A stretch of DNA of 64,000 bases. It comes from a virus (taxonomy: Duplodnaviria > Caudoviricetes). The stretch lies in IMG/VR virus record IMGVR_UViG_3300048881_000780; one strand, 5' to 3'. Below are positions 1 through 9,220 of this stretch, piece by piece. A model generated the notes under the pieces. It did no database searches, was not told where the DNA came from, and saw nothing but the letters and a program-made list of their open reading frames with translations. A program made the translations under genes and the position numbers. Position 1 is the first letter of the stretch. Every line of letters starts with the position of its first letter.

Positions 1-89
1 ACTACTTACTCTCTATCTACCTGAATTTACAAAATTGAACTGGCACATCTCTTGCTCTTAAATAGGTATCAATAACTCGAGGGGGACTT

Positions 90-578
90 GTGGAAAATAG
101 AATTGATATTTATGATTTTTTAAAATTCTGCTTAACTATTATTGTAGCTTATGTAACAACTAACTTCTTTACTGATGAGCTTGGTTTACAAATATTTCTC
201 GGATTAGTTCTATATAAAGTCTTCGAGCATATTGCACTATTTTCAATCCTGCCAATTATTCTAACAGTAAACTATTTAAAGGCCGTCTTTTCTATTGAAT
301 CAGAACTGCACAAATCATTAACTACATTAGAAGAGATCAAATTACTTTGTGTTAGTAAGAATGTAGATATAATTGTCGACAATTTTGCGGAATCAATAAA
401 GAGTAATCCAGGCTTAGTTTCAAAATTAAATGATGAGTCTAGGTCTCCTATTCTAGCTCAAGTAATTCTCTACCAAGTAGAAGAATATATGAAAAATGGT
501 ATGGATATAAGTCATACCGAATTTCAATTTATTGATTACAAAATTAAAACACACATCTTTAGAGATATGGTGGCCTAA
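90..578 (+). CDS. hypothetical membrane protein
   Basis: GTG start after GGGGGA RBS; N-terminal hydrophobic segments. Confidence 0.6.
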   Translation: MENRIDIYDFLKFCLTIIVAYVTTNFFTDELGLQIFLGLVLYKVFEHIALFSILPIILTVNYLKAVFSIESELHKSLTTLEEIKLLCVSKNVDIIVDNFAESIKSNPGLVSKLNDESRSPILAQVILYQVEEYMKNGMDISHTEFQFIDYKIKTHIFRDMVA

Positions 579-588
579 GGAAGTAGTT

Positions 589-954
589 ATGAAGTACTTT
601 ATATTAATAACAATATTCATCACTACTTCCTGTGCAACACCAAAGAGAAGAAGTATTAGTAATTCAAAGACACCTAAAAGTATATATTGGGCCAAGGGAA
701 ATAAAAAGTGTATGAAATCCAGCTTAGAAAACTTAAGAGTTTTCTTTCATAGTATCGGTCAATTTGAAGTTAATGAAGTATATGATGAAAATATGTATGA
801 GACAATGAATGAAGTTAGTGAAATTGTACCTAACTATAAACCAAACATTCTCTTGAAGGTCGAATTTTACAACAACACTCCAACTCAACTTCTATTCACT
901 TCAAAAGAGCACTGTGTAAATTTTGTATCTCTTATTAAAAAGTATCGCAAATAA
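589..954 (+). CDS. putative lipoprotein
   Basis: start moved to ATG 589 after AAGGAAG; MKYFILITIFITTSC lipobox-like signal. Confidence 0.6.
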   Translation: MKYFILITIFITTSCATPKRRSISNSKTPKSIYWAKGNKKCMKSSLENLRVFFHSIGQFEVNEVYDENMYETMNEVSEIVPNYKPNILLKVEFYNNTPTQLLFTSKEHCVNFVSLIKKYRK

Positions 955-1055
955 CCTCAATCACTAAAAATTCTTACACTCGTCGAAGGTGTATAATATA
1001 TGTAACAAAATAACGGTATTTTGTTGCATGTGTAATACATTTCAAGGCGTAAACG

Positions 1056-1427
1056 ATGAAAAGCTCGGCAATCTTATCACTTACAACAGAGAGAGAAATT
1101 AAGAAATTGGCATCAAATATAAGAATAGCCAGAAAAAGAAGAAGTATTTCTATTTCGGAAATGGCCAAGAGATTAAATGTATCTAGACAAACTATCTATA
1201 GATTAGAAGATGGTAATTTAAACGTAAGTCTTGGTCTATATTTAGAGACCTTGAATCAATTGAATTTGCTAAAAGGGTTAAGTGTGGCCACTGATCCAAA
1301 TTTGGATATTGAGGCAATTGAATTAGAAGTAACAAGAGCTAGAAAGAAAAAGAGAGTTAAAGCTTCAATTGCAAAAGATATTAATCTTAATTTTTACATA
1401 AAAAAAGAGGAGCAAAAGCTCCTCTAA
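1056..1427 (+). CDS. XRE-family HTH protein (HipB-like)
   Basis: IRIARKRRSISISEMAKRLNVSRQTIYRLEDG is a typical XRE helix-turn-helix. Confidence 0.8.
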   Translation: MKSSAILSLTTEREIKKLASNIRIARKRRSISISEMAKRLNVSRQTIYRLEDGNLNVSLGLYLETLNQLNLLKGLSVATDPNLDIEAIELEVTRARKKKRVKASIAKDINLNFYIKKEEQKLL

Positions 1428-1526
1428 TCAATAACTTAAATATCTTTTTCTATATTCTATTTAACATAAAAAGATGTCCCTTTTACAAGCAATAAGGCCT
1501 TAAGATTACATTAATCTTTTGACAAC

Positions 1527-1550
1527 TAAAAAAGGGGCTTTCGCCCCTTT
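1527..1550 (-). terminator. intrinsic terminator downstream of ssb
   Basis: minus strand AAAGGGGC-GAAA-GCCCCTTTTTTT. Confidence 0.8.
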
Positions 1551-1683
1551 AATATTATCGTTTTGAATTTATTGGAATCAGTTATTTAACGATACTGAAG
1601 ATGTCCCGACTAGAATGGATCTAAGTACATCTTTTGTTAAATAAACGCCTCAACTCACTGTTTTTGCGTTTTGACACAGCGCA

Positions 1684-2118
1684 TCAAAATGGAATATCAT
1701 CACTTGTGAAATTTGAATCTGTTGCAATTTCATAATCCTGTGAGAACTCTTCATTAGAAGGACCACTTTGTTTTGAATTATTGCTTTTACTTGCTCCACC
1801 TAGAAATTGAATATTTCTGGCATTGATTTCAGTAGTATATCTCTTCGTTCCATCTTGTCCTTCCCAAGATCTAGTCTGTAGAGATCCCTCAATAAAGGCC
1901 TGACGTCCTTTAACTAAGTACTGATTACAGAGTTCTGCCAGTTTTCCCCAAACAACAATTCTGTGCCATTCGGTCTTTTCTTGCTTTTGACCACTCTTAT
2001 CATTCCACGATTCACTCGTTGCCACAGAGAAATTACAAACAGCCACTCCACTTGGCGTATACTTAAGTTCTGGATCAGTGCCAAGTCTTCCTAATATCAC
2101 TACTTTGTTTACAGACAT
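1684..2118 (-). CDS. ssb: single-stranded DNA-binding protein
   Basis: [17 protein letters not shown] fold, [10 protein letters not shown]-terminal DDIPF. Confidence 0.97.
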   Translation of the reverse strand: MSVNKVVILGRLGTDPELKYTPSGVAVCNFSVATSESWNDKSGQKQEKTEWHRIVVWGKLAELCNQYLVKGRQAFIEGSLQTRSWEGQDGTKRYTTEINARNIQFLGGASKSNNSKQSGPSNEEFSQDYEIATDSNFTSDDIPF

Positions 2119-2175
2119 TCCGTACTCCTTATCAATACTTTATTACCTCATTGCCATTATACACTATATTAATAT

Positions 2176-2192
2176 TTAACACAAATCGTTAA
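2176..2192. promoter_or_regulatory. 17-bp palindromic operator-like site (representative of about 29 copies)
   Basis: TTAAC-ACAAATC-GTTAA between divergent ssb and the 2246 gene. Confidence 0.75.
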
Positions 2193-2245
2193 CTTTACAA
2201 AGTATGTGCACCTGTAATATCATTAATTCAACAAAGGAAAAGCAA

Positions 2246-2875
2246 ATGGATTCAATACTAATTGAAATAAAGACATATCTGGTATCACTCCTTGGCACCA
2301 ATAGTTCAGTGTTTTGTGTATTATTAGTATGCGTAACATTATTCTGCTTGGGTTATTTAAAAATAGTCGAAAAAAAATCAGAATATATAGCACTTCCCTT
2401 TTCCATTGTGATAACCTTTTGTGTTATTTTGGCTCATTTTTTCTATTCATCATCTGTTCCCTTAAAAAAGGGTATTTGCCTTACTATAAAAACAAACACT
2501 CTACCTAACTACAAACGCCTAATTAGCAAGCTGGCACTACTGAACGATGAGATTGACGAACATAAGTCGCTTAAGTCAAGTTGGATAAAAGCTTTAAACT
2601 TGAACCATAAAAGAGTTTCTCAACTTAAAGAAAGAGAGAGAATAATTAGAGAGTTAGAGTCTATGAAGTCTAAGCCGTATACATTCGTAGTCTTAGATAA
2701 CTTTAAATCCAAAGGTCTCTACTATATTACTCATAAAAATATGTACACCACTGAGATACCCGAGCTTGGTAATTACTTTATACAAAAGTGCAAAAAAAGT
2801 GATCAAGAAATAATAAAGAAATATTCTAATAACAAAGAAGAAACTTTAGCTAGAGTCAAATTTGTATCTAATTAG
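2246..2875 (+). CDS. membrane protein, tandem paralog 1 of 3
   Basis: two TM segments, coiled coil, shared KKGxCL..LDNFK..YSxNKE..FVS motifs. Confidence 0.75.
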   Translation: MDSILIEIKTYLVSLLGTNSSVFCVLLVCVTLFCLGYLKIVEKKSEYIALPFSIVITFCVILAHFFYSSSVPLKKGICLTIKTNTLPNYKRLISKLALLNDEIDEHKSLKSSWIKALNLNHKRVSQLKERERIIRELESMKSKPYTFVVLDNFKSKGLYYITHKNMYTTEIPELGNYFIQKCKKSDQEIIKKYSNNKEETLARVKFVSN

Positions 2876-2894
2876 AAGCTAAGGAGAAATAATT

Positions 2895-3518
2895 ATGAAT
2901 TCTATGGCTGGAACACATGTAACTTCCTCAATAATAGGTCTACTATCATTAGGAATCCCCTCTCTTATTATGATAACGTTTTATCATATTTCAAACTTAG
3001 ATGATAAGTCACCTTTATCATTAATATCTAACCCCCTCATAATTTTTAATATAGCTTACTTGTCTATTCTTGTTTTAATAGTAAATATTACTAAGCTTCC
3101 ACCAAAGATTGGAACTTGTATCACGACTAGACCGCACTACGAATTTCCCGAATATAAAAAAACAAAAAAACAGCTTAAAGAAATTGATGAAAAACTAGAA
3201 AAGTTTAAGTCATTTCGATCAAGCTGGAGTGAACTACCAAGTATCAAACTAAGAAAAGATGAATTACTTAAAGAAAAGAAAGACGTAGAAGGAAAATTAA
3301 AAGCTTTAATGGATAAAAAAGTTAAACTCATTGTTTTAGATAATTTCAAAGGTCACACTTTATATTACTCTTCATCTACAGATACATATACAACAGAAGT
3401 AACAAAACAAAAGAACTACTTTACCGAAAGATGTAGCAATAGTGATCAAGAAATTTTAAAGAACTATTCTAGCAATAAAGAAGAAATTTTAAATAATATT
3501 AAATTTGTTTCAAAATAA
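2895..3518 (+). CDS. membrane protein, tandem paralog 2 of 3
   Basis: same motifs (KIGTCI, LDNFK, YSSNKEE, KFVSK); AAGGAG RBS. Confidence 0.75.
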   Translation: MNSMAGTHVTSSIIGLLSLGIPSLIMITFYHISNLDDKSPLSLISNPLIIFNIAYLSILVLIVNITKLPPKIGTCITTRPHYEFPEYKKTKKQLKEIDEKLEKFKSFRSSWSELPSIKLRKDELLKEKKDVEGKLKALMDKKVKLIVLDNFKGHTLYYSSSTDTYTTEVTKQKNYFTERCSNSDQEILKNYSSNKEEILNNIKFVSK

Positions 3519-3531
3519 AAAAGGAGAGATT

Positions 3532-4158
3532 ATGGAATTCTTATATTCAATATTAACGTCAATGAAAATGTTTACAATTCAAGTGCTTGGAACTAATAAT
3601 TCCGACCCAATAATGTACATGATCGCCTTAATGTTAATTCCAGCATTGGCATCGTTTCTACACGGACTAGATAAAGAGAATGAAACCGCTGGTCTCTTCT
3701 TAATCGCTTTTATTGTAATGGGATCATTTAACTACCTTAGATTTTCAACATCTATTCATTTAAAAAAGGGTACTTGTTTAATTACAAAATCTCAAAAGCA
3801 TTCTAATAGATTAAATAGTTTATACGTTCTAGAAAACAACTTAAAGAAGTACCCAGGTCTTAAATCCGACTGGAGTGGAGTCCTACAAAAAGAAAAACGC
3901 TTACTCGTAAACAAAATAAAGAATTTAAAATCGGAGATTAAAACTCTAGAAAAAAGAGAGTCTAAATATATTGTCTTGGATAACTTTAAAGATAAGGGAC
4001 TCTACTACATGAGAAATAAAGAGAGTTATACAATCAATAGACCTACTGATGAAGTATATTTTAAAACTAAATGCAATACAAGTGATCACAGTATTATTGA
4101 GATGTACTCCAAGAATAAAGAGAGTATTTTAAATAACTTAAAAGTTGTATCTAACTAG
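3532..4158 (+). CDS. membrane protein, tandem paralog 3 of 3
   Basis: same motifs (KKGTCL, LDNFK, YSKNKE, KVVSN); AAGGAG RBS before ATG 3532. Confidence 0.75.
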   Translation: MEFLYSILTSMKMFTIQVLGTNNSDPIMYMIALMLIPALASFLHGLDKENETAGLFLIAFIVMGSFNYLRFSTSIHLKKGTCLITKSQKHSNRLNSLYVLENNLKKYPGLKSDWSGVLQKEKRLLVNKIKNLKSEIKTLEKRESKYIVLDNFKDKGLYYMRNKESYTINRPTDEVYFKTKCNTSDHSIIEMYSKNKESILNNLKVVSN

Positions 4159-4259
4159 AGATATAAGATAAAAGGTTTAACATATAAAACGAGAGAAACA
4201 CTAGAGGAAGAATGGATATAATACTTAAAAATAATTTCAGCAGATTGTAGAAATTTTAG

Positions 4260-4706
4260 ATGTATTTTTATAAAAATATAAATTTGGAAAATTACCGTTC
4301 ATCATACTGTACATACTATAATATGTTAACAAACTATGCGAACTATGAAGAGTCGAGAGCAACAATAGAATCTGATATATTTAAAAAGAAATACAAAGAT
4401 GAAAGAAGCTTTAAAGTACTAACTAAGAATATCTCAAACCTCTATCCAGATCTTTTAACGCTTCACGATGATATATTTATATGGCCATATAATTATGCAA
4501 GTGAGTCTCATCTAATGAATGCAACCATCACAATTGCAAGAGACCCCAGATCAGGAGTTTCAGTAGTTATAGATGGAACTCACCGACTTAACTTACTAAG
4601 AACTTATTTTTCTCACAGATTATTGACAATAAAGGAAGTAATTTGCTTTGTCCCATTTCAAATAAAGGCACAAATTAATAGAAAAGAAACTCCCCTCTCT
4701 AGATAG
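4260..4706 (+). CDS. ParB/Srx N-terminal-like domain protein
   Basis: VVIDGTHRL resembles the ParB/sulfiredoxin DGxHR motif; start uncertain. Confidence 0.45.
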   Translation: MYFYKNINLENYRSSYCTYYNMLTNYANYEESRATIESDIFKKKYKDERSFKVLTKNISNLYPDLLTLHDDIFIWPYNYASESHLMNATITIARDPRSGVSVVIDGTHRLNLLRTYFSHRLLTIKEVICFVPFQIKAQINRKETPLSR

Positions 4707-4712
4707 AGAGGG
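4693..4712. terminator. hairpin between convergent genes
   Basis: CCCTCTCT-AGAT-AGAGAGGG. Confidence 0.5.
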
Positions 4713-4720
4713 TGTAATAA

Positions 4721-5365
4721 TTAATCGTAGTGATATCTTCTGATTAACTCAGCAACTTCCTCTACAAATTCGTCTTGATCTTCTTGAGAAGCGAATTTTA
4801 AGTATTCAAATACTCTTCCAATATAACTTCCAGAGACATCTTGAAGATCATATCTAACGCCACTTCTTGGAGAGAGAGAAATTCTTCTAACTCCTTGCTT
4901 ATCGATCTCGTCTTCTAGTTTTTGAACTTTCTTATCCACATTTTCAATAAAATCAACATTATCTTCAAGTTCTCTACCTAAAGTATCACATTGCTTTGCT
5001 GAAAGCGCCAATCCATTCATTTTCTTATTCTTAATACCTTTTTTTATTTCAGAGTTTCTAACTCCTAATTTCTTGGCCTTATCCTCTATATCTTTGATTT
5101 TCTTTTGAAGATCCTTTCTAATACTAGTCTTTCTATCAAATTCCAGTTTATCCTCTTCGTTAATTAATCTCTCATATACTCTAATAGGATATCCTTCCAT
5201 AACCCAGTCTAAGACGTGAACAGGTCTAACACTCATTTTAGAACCTTTAGTAATTATCTCTCCCGTAGAAGGAATCTGGACTGGTTGAGGCACTTTAGCA
5301 TGAAAGTGCGATGAAGATGCTCTCGTTATAATGATCTCTTCTTTATTCTTTGTTCTTGCGTTCAT
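4721..5365 (-). CDS. hypothetical coiled-coil protein
   Basis: 214-aa ORF with AAGGAG RBS; central K/E-rich heptads. Confidence 0.65.
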   Translation of the reverse strand: MNARTKNKEEIIITRASSSHFHAKVPQPVQIPSTGEIITKGSKMSVRPVHVLDWVMEGYPIRVYERLINEEDKLEFDRKTSIRKDLQKKIKDIEDKAKKLGVRNSEIKKGIKNKKMNGLALSAKQCDTLGRELEDNVDFIENVDKKVQKLEDEIDKQGVRRISLSPRSGVRYDLQDVSGSYIGRVFEYLKFASQEDQDEFVEEVAELIRRYHYD

Positions 5366-5428
5366 AAATATCTCCTTTCATTTATCTAAGATTAGGATAA
5401 CTCAAGGTTTTTATATTTCAAGCTTTTT

Positions 5429-5445
5429 TTGACATTTTATGTCAA
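5429..5445. promoter_or_regulatory. 17-bp palindromic operator-like site
   Basis: TTGAC-ATTTTAT-GTCAA in a divergent intergenic region. Confidence 0.7.
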
Positions 5446-5524
5446 GTCTTAACAAATTTCGGTAAATAGCACTCCTTCCTGCGATATAATTAGAAGTAAA
5501 GATAAACCAAAAACGGACAAAGAT

Positions 5525-6223
5525 ATGAAAAAAATCGCTGCATTATTAGTAATATTTGGAATTATGGGATTCGTATCCTCAACCACAAATAATGAAAAAA
5601 AGACCAAGAAGATAGTTGAAAGAAGACCCGCTTCAATAAAGAGAGAAGCTCCTAGGTTACACAATATCATAAAAATTGATAAATCTAAGATCTGGAATAA
5701 TAGACTTAAAATAAAGGCCATGAGGAACTTAAACTTAGAATTTAGAAATGGCGATGGAAAGAAAGTTAGCAGGGATTCTTATACTGTTAACACTTCAGCT
5801 ACAGACTTCTTTGCTAAGGGCGACTACTCTAGCTGGAAAATCGCCGATACTGGAAATGTTGAATATCTAGAGATTGGAAAATGGGGAATTCAAGGAGAGT
5901 TAGGAGATGACTTCACCTTGTATATATTCACTCTGCTAGATTACAAAGGTAGAAAGAGAGAGATTTCCATTAGAAGAGTTTCAAATGAAATTAAATTCCA
6001 AGTAACACTAGATGTTGATTATGAAGACGTATTAAAAACACAAATAAATTTAACAGATGAAGATAGTAGAACGAAATGTACAATAGAAAAGGACTCTGTT
6101 GCTTATTGCTCTCTCGACTATTATGGCAAGAATAATGAGAAAGAAATCACTGCTAAAGTAGCTTATCGATCTGACGATGGAGAAATCAAGGAGTCCATTT
6201 TTTCTCATTTTATAGCATTTTAA
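5525..6223 (+). CDS. secreted or membrane-anchored protein with RRPAS motif
   Basis: signal-like N-terminus followed by ERRPAS; beta-rich remainder. Confidence 0.65.
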   Translation: MKKIAALLVIFGIMGFVSSTTNNEKKTKKIVERRPASIKREAPRLHNIIKIDKSKIWNNRLKIKAMRNLNLEFRNGDGKKVSRDSYTVNTSATDFFAKGDYSSWKIADTGNVEYLEIGKWGIQGELGDDFTLYIFTLLDYKGRKREISIRRVSNEIKFQVTLDVDYEDVLKTQINLTDEDSRTKCTIEKDSVAYCSLDYYGKNNEKEITAKVAYRSDDGEIKESIFSHFIAF

Positions 6224-6249
6224 ACTTAAAATAGAAGGGAGGTAATATA

Positions 6250-6654
6250 ATGTTTTCAGCTTTAATTCTCCCTATGGTTTTTGTTGCGCCAAATGCGGTC
6301 TACAATCAAGATATACAAGAGATATCTATAAAAGAAGATGATTACATCCTAGTTAAAGAGTTTTCGCCGAAAGAGATGTCTGGAAAGTGGAAGGCTAAGA
6401 TAAATTTCAAAAATAATTCTCTAAAGAGTAAGAAAGATAAAATCAAGTACAAGTACTACTTCTCCCCTGCTGATTCCAATTATAAGCGAGAGGTTTTTAA
6501 TAACTCCGTTATTATGTCAGATCTAGACTGTCATATCCCAAAAGACTGTAAATTTTATGGAAAATTATTCATAAAGAGAAAATCATCTAATTCAAGACTT
6601 AAGTCTGGCGAATATACAGAAAAAATCAGAGTAACTTTTTCAAGTGAGAGATAA
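6250..6654 (+). CDS. hypothetical protein, possible pilin/spore-coat-U-like beta fold
   Basis: GGAGG RBS; C-terminal LKSGEYTEKIRVTF resembles the last strand of chaperone-usher subunits (weak). Confidence 0.45.
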   Translation: MFSALILPMVFVAPNAVYNQDIQEISIKEDDYILVKEFSPKEMSGKWKAKINFKNNSLKSKKDKIKYKYYFSPADSNYKREVFNNSVIMSDLDCHIPKDCKFYGKLFIKRKSSNSRLKSGEYTEKIRVTFSSER

Positions 6655-6657
6655 CCC

Positions 6658-6984
6658 ATGAGAAATATAGATTTAATAGCAAAGTCATACCTACAATACT
6701 GTCTAAAAGGACTTAATTTACCGGGAGGATTCACGCTTACTGAAGGTATTTTAGAGGCCATAAAAGAAGAGCTAAGATGCCTACTCCTTAGAATAGAGAG
6801 TCTTGAAGTTATCCTCGATGATGATGAGTTTGCACACCAATTATATAATTGTAGAAACTTAGACAATCACACTAATTGTAAGAACTCAAAGCTGTGTCAC
6901 TTCTTTAAGAGAGTTGGCCCTCAAAAGCTATATCTTGGAAAAGATAATAAGGTTTACCTAACTGATATTTGTGACTTCAAATAG
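6658..6984 (+). CDS. hypothetical Cys/His-containing protein
   Basis: 3 nt after previous stop; C..H..C..CH cluster. Confidence 0.55.
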   Translation: MRNIDLIAKSYLQYCLKGLNLPGGFTLTEGILEAIKEELRCLLLRIESLEVILDDDEFAHQLYNCRNLDNHTNCKNSKLCHFFKRVGPQKLYLGKDNKVYLTDICDFK

Positions 6985-6996
6985 AAATTATACTTA

Positions 6997-8394
6997 TTAA
7001 CAAATCTTTTTAAATCTCTTAGCAGTTGTCTTCTTGTTGTGGAAATTTTCAATTACTTCATGAAACTTCTTAAAATTTGATCTCTTCCACTTTGAATCAG
7101 TTGCAATTTCTTTTACAATATCTAAGAATCCTCTTCCTAGAATTAACTGACTAGATATATAGTTACACATGATCATTAAAGAAGTTGTAAAACTCATTCT
7201 AACGGCCTTGTTACCAGTTGGGTAACCTGTTCCATCTGGCATTTCATGGTGATTTTTGATCATATCACAAACCTGGTCGCAGAATATCCCTTTATCTAGA
7301 TTCCTAGCAACTCTCTCACTTAAGTGAGGGTGATTCTTTATGATCTTCATGTCATCTTCATCATAAGTCTTAGAAAGCTCCACAGGGTGGCGACATTCGT
7401 TCTTCTTATCTTCAGTTAAGTCTTCTCTTTGCATTACGCTATAAGATACATCTTTTAGCATAGAAGCAAGACTAAGTTTTTTAATAATACTTTTTTTAAT
7501 CTCTGAGTTAACATCAATCTTATCAAGTAGCCATATTCCAATTGAGAGAGTTGCTACTGCGTGAGTTAAATTCTCTCTATTTTCCTTACTGAATACCTTC
7601 CCAAGCATCTTAGATGCCTTCTTATCCTGCAAAAGAGTATTCATCGTCATTTCAATAGATGAAACAACTTGTTTTTGCACCTGATCTTCACCTAGGATAT
7701 CTTTGCTTAAGTTACCAATTGTTCCAACCAGAAAGTTAACTTTATCTGTTTCAGATTGAATTAAACCAACAGACTTACTAGACTCAACCTGACCTAATGC
7801 TCTATGAACTAAATCATCATAAATAGATTTATAGTAGAATTTCTCAACTCCATTATCCATATATCTAACAATTTGATCATTACAAAAAGAACAATTATCA
7901 TCATTCTCATTTAAGATTTTAAGAAAGCGCTTACCTACTTTACAATAGAAATCTACTGGAAATTTATCCACTTCAAGAAGCTTAGTTAATTCAACAGAAC
8001 TATGCTTATTATTCTGAAGAGTAGTCTCTCTTTCTAGAAATAGATCCAACATTTCTGAAGACTGATAGTAATGTTCATCAAACTTAGAAAAATCCGTGGA
8101 TCCATCTTTTAAGTTCTTATAAACATATAAACCTTTCCTGTAGCTTCTATCCCCAACTAAACTCTCCGTTGAGACAATAACATCAGGCATAAAGACTAGA
8201 GCATCTTTAACTTTGTTAATATTTTCAACAAATACACTTTTTCCAAATTTAGAACAAACCTGGGCCAATTCTCTTTCAAAAGGATTGAAATCATTTGGAT
8301 TTATATCTCTTAACTTATTACTCTTTGGCCCATCCTGAGTGTTTGGACAATAATCATAAGTTACAAATAGGATGCTTAATACTTTCTTATTCAC
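6997..8394 (-). CDS. HD-GYP domain protein with degenerate HD motif
   Basis: NHHEMPDGTGYP and KNHPHLS motifs; LKDVS where LHDIG is expected. Confidence 0.8.
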   Translation of the reverse strand: MNKKVLSILFVTYDYCPNTQDGPKSNKLRDINPNDFNPFERELAQVCSKFGKSVFVENINKVKDALVFMPDVIVSTESLVGDRSYRKGLYVYKNLKDGSTDFSKFDEHYYQSSEMLDLFLERETTLQNNKHSSVELTKLLEVDKFPVDFYCKVGKRFLKILNENDDNCSFCNDQIVRYMDNGVEKFYYKSIYDDLVHRALGQVESSKSVGLIQSETDKVNFLVGTIGNLSKDILGEDQVQKQVVSSIEMTMNTLLQDKKASKMLGKVFSKENRENLTHAVATLSIGIWLLDKIDVNSEIKKSIIKKLSLASMLKDVSYSVMQREDLTEDKKNECRHPVELSKTYDEDDMKIIKNHPHLSERVARNLDKGIFCDQVCDMIKNHHEMPDGTGYPTGNKAVRMSFTTSLMIMCNYISSQLILGRGFLDIVKEIATDSKWKRSNFKKFHEVIENFHNKKTTAKRFKKIC

Positions 8395-8395
8395 A

Positions 8396-9103
8396 CTAAG
8401 ACACCTTGAAAATATTTGGATATAACTTTAAAAGCTTTTGGATTATTTTATCTTTACTAAGCTTTGATAGATTGTTTCTTGCGATTAAAGCTGAAACTAG
8501 AGCTGTAGCAAAAGAGCTATCAATTATACTTGTATCTGGATCTACCCATATGTCTGCCTTAACTGTCAGACAGTTGTAGTAAGTTTTAATATAATTACCA
8601 ACGAGAATTGTTCTATTTGAATTAATCGACCTTGGAATAGATCTAAAATCCTTACACTCATTTGGAGTAGCTGAAACTAATAATGTTCCTGAATTAAATA
8701 AACTTGTATAGGCCTTTACTACATTACTAGAAAAATAGGTAGACATGTCAGAGTCATATATACTCAGGTTTAAAATATCCACATTCAATTTTGAAACACT
8801 TTCAATTTCACTATAAAATTTTTCATTATCAGAAACAGTCGAACTTTTCATAACTTTAATAGTGCTAGTTGCTAGTTTCGAAATTACAGACTGAACTCTT
8901 TTGGCGTGATTAATTCTCTCTGAATCTAAAATATGTAGAGTCTCTTTTTGAACTTTATTGAAATTTGACTTAACAATTTTTTTTAATAACTTATTACTAA
9001 AATCATTTCTAATTTCATAACCATTAACATACTCGCGCGACTCAACACTTGTTATTCCAATCATTAATAGCGCTATAAATATACTCTTCATTAAAGTATT
9101 CAT
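8396..9103 (-). CDS. secreted hypothetical protein
   Basis: signal peptide MKSIFIALLMIGITSVES. Confidence 0.6.
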   Translation of the reverse strand: MNTLMKSIFIALLMIGITSVESREYVNGYEIRNDFSNKLLKKIVKSNFNKVQKETLHILDSERINHAKRVQSVISKLATSTIKVMKSSTVSDNEKFYSEIESVSKLNVDILNLSIYDSDMSTYFSSNVVKAYTSLFNSGTLLVSATPNECKDFRSIPRSINSNRTILVGNYIKTYYNCLTVKADIWVDPDTSIIDSSFATALVSALIARNNLSKLSKDKIIQKLLKLYPNIFKVS

Positions 9104-9220
9104 ATTACTATTTTAAGTGGAAAAGGAGTGGTATTGATAACTATCAGCATATTTAGACTTCTCAACATAGATGATAGATAGACAGAGCCTATTTGCTGAC
9201 ACCTTGTGTCAAAAAATACA

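Noticed and set aside
4212-4262. Upstream ATG in frame with the 4260 ORF through two TAG codons, suggesting amber recoding
   Set aside because: Many clear genes in the window end at TAG at homologous positions (e.g. paralogs ending 2875 and 4158), and coding density is already high under code 11.
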